Source of the DNA: a virus
Lineage: Duplodnaviria; Heunggongvirae; Uroviricota; Caudoviricetes
DNA length: 28,804 nt
Direction: 5' to 3' (one strand)
IMG/VR virus record: IMGVR_UViG_3300049444_000130
How positions within the stretch are numbered: position 1 is the first letter of the stretch; each line of letters begins with the position of its first letter. Positions 6,789 through 14,620 of the stretch are shown here, one piece after another. The notes beneath the pieces are model-generated. The model made no database searches. It was not told the DNA's origin and saw only the letters and a program-made list of their open reading frames with translations. The translations under genes and the position numbers were made by a program.

Positions 6789-8974
6789 ACGCCAGGCACA
6801 GACCCTGCAGGCCCTGCGGCTCAACCACTACATCCCCCAGTTTCCCACCGCCAAACAAGCCTATGCCTTGCTGCTGCCCCACCTGGAAGTCTTTTTTGGC
6901 GGGAGTGCTGGACCAGGCAAATCAAGTTGGCTTCTTATGAGTGCCTTGCAATACGTGGACGTGCCCGGGTATGCGGCCATCCTCTTCCGCCGCACGTTTG
7001 CCGAGCTGTCGAAGCCCGATGCGTTGATGGACCGGGCGCATGCGTGGTTGCGGGGCACGGATGCCCACTGGGAAGCGTATCGCCATACCTATGTGTTCCC
7101 GTCCGGGGCACAACTGGTGTTTAGTCATCTCGAAAATGAGATGAGCAAATATGAGCACCAGTCGGCAGCGTACCAGTTTTGTGTTGCCCGAGGCACCCCC
7201 ATCCTTCTGGCGAACGGGCACTATCAGCCTGTGGAAATGCTCAAACCTGGTATGCTGGTAGCGACATTGCAAGGTCCCCGTCCTCTTACGTATTGCGCTC
7301 CCCCACGGGCCGAGTTCTGCTATGCGCTGCATACTGCTGGTACCGTAACGGTCGTGAGCGCCTCGCACCAGATTTTAACGACGCAGGGCTGGCACGCCCC
7401 CCTGGGGGAGATCGCCAGACAATGCCATGCAGGTGACACCACTTCCGCAATGTCCCAGGCGTTATCTGAAGCACCTCACTTGCATATTCATAGCCCACCG
7501 TGGGATCAGCAGCAAGGAGACGTACCTGGATTTCCACCGCGGCAGGCAAGGGGGCTCCTGGGGAACGACGCATGGTTAGCAAATGCGCAAATCGGTTGCG
7601 GAGCGTCTGCTGATGGACACCAAGGAGGGCCGCTGGAGCGTCCCTGGAGTGCTGTACGGACCTGCACTTCATCCAAAGATGCACGGCAATGCTGCTTGGA
7701 ATCGTCGGCATGGAGCACCCCATGCGCATTGCGGGAAGGCAGACAGAGTAAATTTGCATAGCGGTTGTCATGGCGGATATGATTCGCATGATGCACGATT
7801 TCTGCAGGATCTAAGAGACGTCCGAGATAACATTCCATTACAAGGCGGTGTTGCGGCACGTTTCCACCCACTCGTGCATGGGGATGATCCGGAGCATATT
7901 CTGCGATATATCCCCCGACCCTATGAATATTCCCACCCCTACACGAGATTGCCGGTCCAAACGGATACCCCGCTCGTTTCCGCTGATATTGGAATGGTCC
8001 CAGTGGGTGTGCAGGTCGTGTATGATCTAAGAGTGGCAGAAGCCTCACACTATATCTCCTTTGGTGGTATTATATCACAAAACTGTGGTTTTGACGAAAC
8101 GACGTCCTTTACTGAATCCATGTATCGCTTTCTCTTTTCTCGACTCCGACGATTACGTGGGGTGGCTGTCCCCATTCGCATGCGGGCCGCCTCGAATCCT
8201 GGCGGGATTGGGCATGGATGGGTCCGCCAGCGGTTTATGGTCGAGCAGGACCCCCAGCGGGCCTTTGTCCCGGCCCGGCAACTCGACAACCCGCATCTGG
8301 ACGTCGAGGCGTATGAGCAGTCCCTCGCCCAACTCGACCCCATCACGCGCCAACGGCTGCGGGCGGGGGATTGGGACATTACCGAAGAGGGCAAGCTCTT
8401 TAAGCCCCATTGGTTTGCCGTGGTCCCCGACTATCCCCGCGTGGCACGGATGATCCGGTTTTGGGATTTTGCCGGGACAGAAGTCACCTTGACCCGCGGC
8501 GGCGAACTCCGCAACGACCCCGACTGGACGGTGGGCTTGAAACTGGCGGAGTATCGCGGCCAGTATTGGGTGGTCGATGTGCGTCGGGCGCGGCTCTCCC
8601 CCAAAGGCGTGGAAGACCTGGTCAGTCAGACGGCGGCCCTCGACGGGGCACACGTCGATATCTGGCTGGAGCAAGAGCCCGGCTCCTCCGGCAAAGCCGT
8701 CATAGAGGACTATCAGCGGCGGGTGTTAAAAGGCTACGCCGTCTATGCCCAGCGCTCGACGGGCTCAAAGGTGGAGCGGGCGAAGCCGGCGAGTAGTGCG
8801 GCGGAAGCCGGGAACATCGCCGTGATTGCCGGGCCATGGAATGCCACATTTTTGGAAGAATTGAGCCTCTTCCCCCAGCAGGGCGTGCATGACGATCAAG
8901 TGGATACGCTCTCCGGGGGGATCAATGTGCTCCGCGATGCGCCCAAACGGGCCGGGGCGTGGGGGCGCGGGTAG
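6742..8974 (+). CDS. terL: Terminase large subunit containing an intein; frame broken by one indel inside the intein
   Basis: Walker A GGSAGPGKS. Spliced Walker B QF|CGFDE. Coupling motif AASNPGG. Nuclease motifs RFWDFAGT, LEQEPGSSGK and HDDQVD. Split over ORFs 6742-7761 and 7583-8974. Confidence 0.92.
7286..8048 (-). CDS. HNH homing endonuclease with C-terminal HTH-like segments, antisense inside the intein; frameshifted near 7634
   Basis: GYIAEYAPDHPHA...QHRLVME...VHHANHIRHDNRYANL (HNH_3-like) in ORF 7506-8048 continues as AALLGVHQQTLRNRF...YASEVLQITPGTLRKW in ORF 7286-7789. It has its own RBS. Confidence 0.85.
8056..8077 (-). promoter_or_regulatory. Extended -10 promoter and Shine-Dalgarno for the antisense HNH
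   Basis: Minus strand reads TGA-TATAAT-ACCACC-AAAGGAG-ATATAGT-GTG(8048). Confidence 0.8.
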
Positions 8975-9045
8975 GCTTGTGTGCCCAGGGCGTTTGCGGT
9001 ACACTCAGGCACGATACGCGGCCCTCTTTCTCCAGGAGCGATCAG

Positions 9046-9750
9046 GTGACACAGCCCTCTCCCCCCGGGACTATTGGTATAATTAGTTCCGATTTAGCAA
9101 GATATACGTGGTTTCTCCAGCGGATGTTGGCGCTCCAGATTCCTCCAGGGTGGCAGATTCTCTCGTGTGCAGGCCAGTGGATTTCCACCGGGCTGAACCT
9201 GCTCATTGACGGCATGCGCCCAGACGATGCGTATTTTCTCCTGATCCCTGACGACCACCTCTTTGAGCCCGATATCCTCTATCGTCTGCTGGCGCACAAC
9301 TTGGACATCGTGGCACCCCTGTGCTGTCTGCGACGGCTGCCCTATGCCCCGGCGCTCTTTCATACGACGCCAGAAGGCTATCGCGGGATGACCTGGCCAG
9401 AGTTAGAAGGCCACACGGGCCTGTATGCGCCGGACACGATGGGGGGACCATTCGCGCTGATCCATCGTCGCGTGCTCGATGCGCTGGGACCGCCCTGGTT
9501 TCGGTCCCAACCAAACGACCCGAACCCCTGCGAAGATCTCTATTTTTTTCAGCGAGCCCGCCAGCTCGGGTATCAACCCTATTGTGACCTCGACCTGCCC
9601 ATCGGCCATATCCTCCCCGCCGCCGTGTATCCCCAACGCATGCAGAGCGGCGATTATGCTGTACGGGTCTGGTCACATCAGGACTTGGCGCTGTTGCCGC
9701 CGTCGGCCACGCGGGTGCTCGATACGCGGCCCTATCATGCCTATACCTAG
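9046..9750 (+). CDS. GT-A fold (family 2-like) glycosyltransferase
   Basis: AGGAG before GTG 9046; DxD-like IPDDH; GGPFALIHRRV; acceptor-side CEDLYF and LPIGH. Confidence 0.8.
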   Translation: MTQPSPPGTIGIISSDLARYTWFLQRMLALQIPPGWQILSCAGQWISTGLNLLIDGMRPDDAYFLLIPDDHLFEPDILYRLLAHNLDIVAPLCCLRRLPYAPALFHTTPEGYRGMTWPELEGHTGLYAPDTMGGPFALIHRRVLDALGPPWFRSQPNDPNPCEDLYFFQRARQLGYQPYCDLDLPIGHILPAAVYPQRMQSGDYAVRVWSHQDLALLPPSATRVLDTRPYHAYT

Positions 9751-9760
9751 CGAGACATCC

Positions 9761-10297
9761 ATGAGTGAGTATCACGTGACGCTCTATGAGCCCCATACCA
9801 TCCACCACACGGCCCTCCTGGGCGATGGCACGGTGGTCTATGCCTATACCACGATTGGCGAAGGCGTGGAGATCGGGAAAGACTGTCTCATCGGCGCATG
9901 TGTCTTCCTCCCACGCCACTGCCGCATCGGAAACGGCACCCGGATACACCATGGCGCGGCATTGGCGGAAGGCTCGATTGTTGGCAACCAGGTCTACATC
10001 GGTATCCACGTGGTCTTCACCGATGTGAAATATGTCAACCTCCGCCACAAAGGGCAGGAAGACCACCGTCCCCCCGTGGTCGAGGATGACGCGGTGATCG
10101 GCTGTAACGCCGTGCTCCTGCCCGGGGTCGTGGTCCATAGGGGGGCCGTCGTGGGCGCCGGCAGCGTGGTGACACGGGATATTGGGCCGGGCGTCGTCGT
10201 CGCCGGCAACCCGGCCCGGCCCTTGCGCACCAGCACGCGCAAGCTGGTCCTCATGCCCGAGCCCATCGATGCCGACGGCACCAGTGTGGTCCGGTAA
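9761..10297 (+). CDS. Hexapeptide-repeat (left-handed beta-helix) acyltransferase
   Basis: Repeats such as TIGEGVEIGKDCLIG; C-terminal VIGCNAVLLPGVVV..GAVVGAGSVVTRDI..VVAGNPAR. Confidence 0.88.
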   Translation: MSEYHVTLYEPHTIHHTALLGDGTVVYAYTTIGEGVEIGKDCLIGACVFLPRHCRIGNGTRIHHGAALAEGSIVGNQVYIGIHVVFTDVKYVNLRHKGQEDHRPPVVEDDAVIGCNAVLLPGVVVHRGAVVGAGSVVTRDIGPGVVVAGNPARPLRTSTRKLVLMPEPIDADGTSVVR

Positions 10298-10300
10298 GCC

Positions 10301-11233
10301 ATGCCCTTCACCGTCGCTCTCACCTACGCCGCTGCCCCTCCCTTGCGTCTGCACGCCTCGCGGCTGCCCTTGTGGCGACGGTTGCAGGCCGTGGCGGATG
10401 CCGCCGTGTCCCGGATCACCACGCTCTGGGTGGGCCTGGTCACCGACGTGCGGGAGGCCCTCGATCCCCAGGCACTGACCCATACCCTGGACGCCTCGAC
10501 CTGGCTGCCGACGGACTATCAGGTGGGGGCCGTGTGGGAGGAACACGCGGCGGTACCCGCACGCCAGCTCCTGCCCGTGGTGCTTCAGGAGACGGTCACC
10601 GCCGCGGCACAGGAGACCACGCCCGCGCTCACGGCCCAGCTTGGCGTGACGCTCGACTTTCAGCCCGGCACGTCCACGGTGCAACAGGCGATTGATGCGT
10701 ATGTCGGCACACAAATCCGCGCCATCAGTGCGACGACGTTGCAGACGGTACGGGAGGTGTTGCGCACGGGCTGGAATGCGCAGCTGTCCATCCAGAGCCT
10801 GGCCCAGGAGCTGCGGACGGTGATCGGGCTGACGCCACGCCAGCACGGGGCGGTAACGCGGCTCCGGGAGCGGCTGACGGAGGCCGGGCAATCGGCGGCG
10901 CGGGTGCAGCGGGCGGTCGAGCAGGCGGTGCAGGTGGGGATACGCCAGCGCGCCCTGAACATTGCGCGGACGGAATCCATGGATGCCAGCGCCTTGGGGT
11001 CGCACCTGGCCTGGGTTGAATCGGTGCAAGCCGGGTATGTAGACGTGGGCCAGATACGGCGGTATTGGGAGACGGCGGGGGAAAGCGCCTGCCCAGAGTG
11101 CGCCCAGATCCCCGGGATGAATCCCGAGGGCGTGGGGCTGTATGAGCTGTTCCAAACGCCCTACGGCCCGCTGTTGATGCCGACCGCCCACCCGTCCTGT
11201 CGCTGCACCATTACTCATCAGGTGATGGGGTAA
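10301..11233 (+). CDS. Minor head / head morphogenesis protein (Mu gpF / SPP1 gp7 family)
   Basis: RALNIARTE, CPEC and terminal HPSCRCTI motifs. Confidence 0.85.
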   Translation: MPFTVALTYAAAPPLRLHASRLPLWRRLQAVADAAVSRITTLWVGLVTDVREALDPQALTHTLDASTWLPTDYQVGAVWEEHAAVPARQLLPVVLQETVTAAAQETTPALTAQLGVTLDFQPGTSTVQQAIDAYVGTQIRAISATTLQTVREVLRTGWNAQLSIQSLAQELRTVIGLTPRQHGAVTRLRERLTEAGQSAARVQRAVEQAVQVGIRQRALNIARTESMDASALGSHLAWVESVQAGYVDVGQIRRYWETAGESACPECAQIPGMNPEGVGLYELFQTPYGPLLMPTAHPSCRCTITHQVMG

Positions 11234-11245
11234 GGACTCTCATAT

Positions 11246-11449
11246 ATGCCCAAATTCCAGATTGACCTCGATGATCTGACCTATGAGGCCCTCGGGGCCA
11301 TGGCCCTGGAGGAATTGCGGGATCTACCCCGCCAGGCCGCCTGGCTGCTCATGCAGGCGATGCGTACGCGGCAGCAGCACCAGGAGCACAGTCGTGCGGG
11401 CGTGGTGCCCAGTCTCTCCGCAGATGAGGGTGCCAACTATGGTCCCTAA
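11246..11449 (+). CDS. Small putative ribbon-helix-helix DNA-binding protein
   Basis: FQIDLDD strand followed by two amphipathic helices; AAGGA RBS. Confidence 0.5.
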   Translation: MPKFQIDLDDLTYEALGAMALEELRDLPRQAAWLLMQAMRTRQQHQEHSRAGVVPSLSADEGANYGP

Positions 11450-11479
11450 CCGGCCACCACCCGAGGAGACTTCTCCCTG

Positions 11480-11695
11480 ATGGCTCTCAACCCTGGCTAT
11501 CTGGTGGCGCTCGAAGCGCATGGCCTGACGAATGCGGACCTCGCCCTGCTGGTAGCATTGCTGGAGAGCAAGTACAACGGCTCGATTGCCTGGCACTGTG
11601 CGCAAGGGGTGCTGTGTAAGTATGAGTTTGTGGTGTTTGGCAAGACGGGCGATGCCGACACGCATCACCTGGCGACCCTGTTGCAACGGCGGTGA
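11480..11695 (+). CDS. Small hypothetical protein
   Basis: 71 aa; GAGGAG upstream. Confidence 0.5.
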   Translation: MALNPGYLVALEAHGLTNADLALLVALLESKYNGSIAWHCAQGVLCKYEFVVFGKTGDADTHHLATLLQRR

Positions 11696-11696
11696 A

Positions 11697-11795
11697 ATGC
11701 AAGAAAAAGGCACGCTTTTCCTCACAGTTTTCTACATCATAGTGATGCTCATTGGGGTCGTTATCGCCGTGAAAGTGATGTTGACCTCCAAGTGA
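11697..11795 (+). CDS. 32-aa single-TM peptide
   Basis: ATG 1 nt after the previous stop; LFLTVFYIIVMLIGVVIAV hydrophobic core. Confidence 0.4.
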   Translation: MQEKGTLFLTVFYIIVMLIGVVIAVKVMLTSK

Positions 11796-11809
11796 GGAGC
11801 CACAAGGTC

Positions 11810-11953
11810 ATGCTTTCCGCGCTCGTCCGCGTGTACAATCTGCTGTGGTATCGCAAATGGACCGCCTGTCAGCACAGTTGGAGCCTTGCCCTCCACGGGC
11901 AAGGCGACCTCCACTGGTATTGCCGGCAGTGCCACACCTGGTGGCGGGCCTAG
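11810..11953 (+). CDS. 47-aa peptide with CxH...CxxC putative Zn site
   Basis: AGGAG upstream; translated by hand as MLSALVRVYNLLWYRKWTACQHSW...WYCRQCHTWWRA. Confidence 0.4.
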   Translation: MLSALVRVYNLLWYRKWTACQHSWSLALHGQGDLHWYCRQCHTWWRA

Positions 11954-12052
11954 GAGACGGTCCACCCCGTCAGAAAAAAACCCCTGACTTTTTTCTGCAT
12001 GGGTGCCAGTGCTGGCGCCAGGCTTAGGAGGCCCGCCCCACAACAATTCTTC

Positions 12053-12080
12053 TTGACAAATCTGTCAACCTTTCTACACT
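12053..12080 (+). promoter_or_regulatory. Promoter with a palindromic operator over the -35
   Basis: TTGACA-N16-TACACT; TTGACA-AATC-TGTCAA is a perfect inverted repeat (12053-12068). Confidence 0.65.
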
Positions 12081-12236
12081 TGTGGCGCATAGTAGGCAGC
12101 TCGCTCGCTCATGACGGTCCACAGTGGCGGAAGGGATACCTGATCCTTTCTGGTCCGCGCACGTCGGACGCCGTCATATCGTTGACACACAACGCCTCTC
12201 CCTGGGGAGAGATGCGCGGTCACCAGCACACCCTGT

Positions 12237-12281
12237 ACCGCTGTCTGTCAGAGCACTCTGAGGGACAGCGGTCTTTTTTTT
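12237..12281 (+). terminator. Intrinsic terminator just upstream of the portal gene
   Basis: accgctgtc...gacagcggt stem with inner tcaga/tctga pairing, followed by C and eight T. Confidence 0.75.
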
Positions 12282-12303
12282 GCCTGCATGGGGAATGGAC
12301 CTC

Positions 12304-13644
12304 ATGGCCGCCACCAATGGGCACACCACGAGCCTCACTGCCAAAGCGCTTCAGACGTTCAACGCCTGGACGGCCCGGGTCGGCCTGACGCAGCAGCTTG
12401 GCTGGCTCTTTGATGGCCGGCGCAAGATGCACGAGGTGTTCGGCTACAAGCCCGCCCTGCGCTATCAGGACTATAAGGCGCAGTATCTGCGGGGCCACCT
12501 CGCCCATCGCCTCATCAAAGCCTATCCCGAGGCCACCTGGAGTCAGCCGCCGAGCGTCACGGAAGATAATCAGGAAGACACGGAGACGGCGTTTGAAGCC
12601 GCCTGGGACACCCTGCAACAACGCCTCGACGTGTATGGCGTGCTGGAACGCACCGATGTCCTCGCCAACCTAGGGCAATATGCCGTGGTGGTGCTCGGGC
12701 TCAAAGGCCAAACGGATTTGACGCAACCGGCGACCCCCGTGCGCGGGCCAGACGATCTCGACTACCTCACGCCGTATAGTGAAGAATTTGCCACGGTGAA
12801 GGTCATTGAACAGAATCCGGCCCTCCCCACCTTTGGCCAGCCGCAAACCTACGTCATCAATTTTGACCGCCAGCGCTCCGCCCTGCGGACGGGCCTGGTC
12901 CATGCCAGTCGGATCGTCCATGTGGCCGAGGATCTCCTGGACGATGCGCTGTACGGCATCCCGCGCCTGGAGCCGATCTACAACACGCTCGATGACCTGA
13001 TGAAAATCACCGGGGGTGCCGCGGAAATGTTTTACCGCGATGCGAAGCGCCGAATTGCGCTGGAAGTCCGCGACGACTACCGGCTGGAGCCCGAAGATGA
13101 AACCGCCCTCAGCGACGAAATTGCCGAGTACATGCACGATTTGAAAGACTTCATCCGCGTCAAAGGCGTCGATGTCAAAGACCTGAGCGGCCATACCGTG
13201 ACCAGCCCCAAAGAGCACGCCGCGGTGTTGCTCGATCTCATTGCGGCGACCACCGGGATTCCCAAGCGCATTCTCTTCGGGAATGAGGCCGGTCAGCTCG
13301 CCAGTACGCAGGACGAGGACGCCTGGCTTCAACGCGTGAAGCGGCGCCAGGTGCAGTTTGCGGAAGGGCGGATGCTGCGGCCACTCGTGGATCGGTGCAT
13401 CACGCTCGGGGTGCTGCCAGCGCCTGCACAGCCGTATACGATCCTGTGGTCCAATCTGACGAGTCTGTCGGAGGAACAACGGGCCGTGGTGGCGAAAGAC
13501 GTGGGTACGGCCCTGAACCAATATGCGCCCGGCATGGCCAGTACCGTAGTGCCGCCCAGTGAATTTCGCGAGGTATATCTGGGGCTCAAGCCCGTCCCGG
13601 ATGACGTGCCCGAGCTGGTGCTGCCCGGGCCAGAGGAGCTGTAA
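12304..13644 (+). CDS. Portal protein (DUF1073-like family)
   Basis: About 446 aa; YLRGHLAHRLIKAYPEATW, HASRIVHVAE, YGIPRLEPIYN and TGIPKRILFG motifs; position before protease and capsid. Confidence 0.85.
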   Translation: MAATNGHTTSLTAKALQTFNAWTARVGLTQQLGWLFDGRRKMHEVFGYKPALRYQDYKAQYLRGHLAHRLIKAYPEATWSQPPSVTEDNQEDTETAFEAAWDTLQQRLDVYGVLERTDVLANLGQYAVVVLGLKGQTDLTQPATPVRGPDDLDYLTPYSEEFATVKVIEQNPALPTFGQPQTYVINFDRQRSALRTGLVHASRIVHVAEDLLDDALYGIPRLEPIYNTLDDLMKITGGAAEMFYRDAKRRIALEVRDDYRLEPEDETALSDEIAEYMHDLKDFIRVKGVDVKDLSGHTVTSPKEHAAVLLDLIAATTGIPKRILFGNEAGQLASTQDEDAWLQRVKRRQVQFAEGRMLRPLVDRCITLGVLPAPAQPYTILWSNLTSLSEEQRAVVAKDVGTALNQYAPGMASTVVPPSEFREVYLGLKPVPDDVPELVLPGPEEL

Positions 13645-13646
13645 CG

Positions 13647-13847
13647 ATGGCGGAGCGCTTTGTCTATGACACGGGCATACGTTCACAGGCCCAGCCCGAC
13701 GGCAGTGTCCGCATGGTGCATCTAGCCTGGTGCGCCTGTCCCACACCCAAGGGGCCGCCGGGCGGGGTGTGCGGGATCTGCGGCGGGGCGATCTATCAGC
13801 CGCCAGCGGGCGAGCGGGCCGTCGAGCCGGCAAAGGATGAGGCATGA
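13647..13847 (+). CDS. Small Cys-rich hypothetical protein
   Basis: Starts 2 nt after the portal stop; CAC...CGIC. Confidence 0.45.
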   Translation: MAERFVYDTGIRSQAQPDGSVRMVHLAWCACPTPKGPPGGVCGICGGAIYQPPAGERAVEPAKDEA

Positions 13848-13862
13848 CCACGGGACAACGCT

Positions 13863-14501
13863 TCATGATGAGGAATGCCGTGTCTTTTTACATGGTGCAA
13901 GCGTTAAGAGTAATGGTTGCACAGGGACAAGCGGTGGGCGTGGTCCTTTACGGCTATTGCAGGGCTTACAGGAGGGTACCACATTCCAGAGAGTATTCGA
14001 ACCGTTCTGAACGTATGGTGTCACATGATCTTGTGTTAGGGCATGTTTTTTCTGCCGACAGCGCCAACAAGTGGAGGGACAGTAGGCGCAACGATACTGA
14101 AACACAGCAAGAATTTCCTCCCATTGCATCTGGCTCAGATCATCTTTCTCTGCGTGATTTTTGTGGGCGCGCCTTGTTTGTTTTGCAAGGCGTTCTTTTT
14201 CAGGAAAAAGTTTTCGGCGTTCACAAGCACGGAACCGAATTGTTTCGCCATTACTGTCCCGGCGTTGTTGCTCAGCAGCAATTAATTCTTCTTGGTGATC
14301 TTGATAATACGTTTGGTTATAAACACGTTTTTTTGCTTTGCCTTCAGGAGATTCATTACGCTTGCGAAGCTGCGCACGTTTTACTCCAATATGGGCTTGA
14401 TAATAGGCACGTTCCCGTGCCCGAAATTGCTCTAGATTTGCAGCCCGCTTGACACGGACAGCTTCACGATATTTCGCTAATTGTTCTGGGGTACGTGACA
14501 A
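13863..14501 (-). CDS. Free-standing HNH endonuclease (HNH-1)
   Basis: CAYC...QDHVTP...GSNTLWNVVPSCKPCNSRK; AGGAGG before TTG; AT-richer than flanks. Confidence 0.88.
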   Translation of the reverse strand: MSRTPEQLAKYREAVRVKRAANLEQFRARERAYYQAHIGVKRAQLRKRNESPEGKAKKRVYNQTYYQDHQEELIAAEQQRRDSNGETIRFRACERRKLFPEKERLAKQTRRAHKNHAEKDDLSQMQWEEILAVFQYRCAYCPSTCWRCRQKKHALTQDHVTPYVQNGSNTLWNVVPSCKPCNSRKGPRPPLVPVQPLLLTLAPCKKTRHSSS

Positions 14502-14510
14502 GATGATCGC

Positions 14511-14613
14511 CCTCCTAACCGAGGTGATTGATAGGAACCTGGCTCCCTAACGGGTTAGCGTCAAGAACTTACGAGCGGGGATCAGCCGCTACCAGGCAAG
14601 AGAGAATATAGCA
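14511..14613 (-). promoter_or_regulatory. Extended -10 and multi-stem 5' leader of HNH-1
   Basis: TGcTATATT (14613-14605); cctgg/ccagg stem (14538-14596) enclosing agcgg/ccgct and ctaac/gttag hairpins. Confidence 0.5.
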
Positions 14614-14620
14614 TACTTAT

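Larger units (their letters stand above)
7180..8083 (+). mobile_element. Intein in TerL, inserted just before the Walker B motif
   Basis: Block A CVARGTPILLANG (Cys1 at 7180); block B SASHQILT; block F VYDLRV...HY; block G IISQN followed by +1 Cys. Length 904 nt (3n+1). Confidence 0.9.

Noticed and set aside
7580-7761. Programmed ribosomal frameshift in terL
   Set aside because: No slippery sequence is seen, and both strands need the same correction, which a single indel explains better.
9203-11218. 671-aa minus-strand ORF (likewise 12670-13866, 14672-16270, 16954-18531, 23673-24905)
   Set aside because: Antisense shadows of GC-rich, well-supported plus-strand genes; no motifs or RBS, unlike the intein HNH.
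11971-11997. cagaaaaaa/ttttttctg inverted repeat as a terminator
   Set aside because: The stem is almost all A-T with no separate U-tail; weak support.
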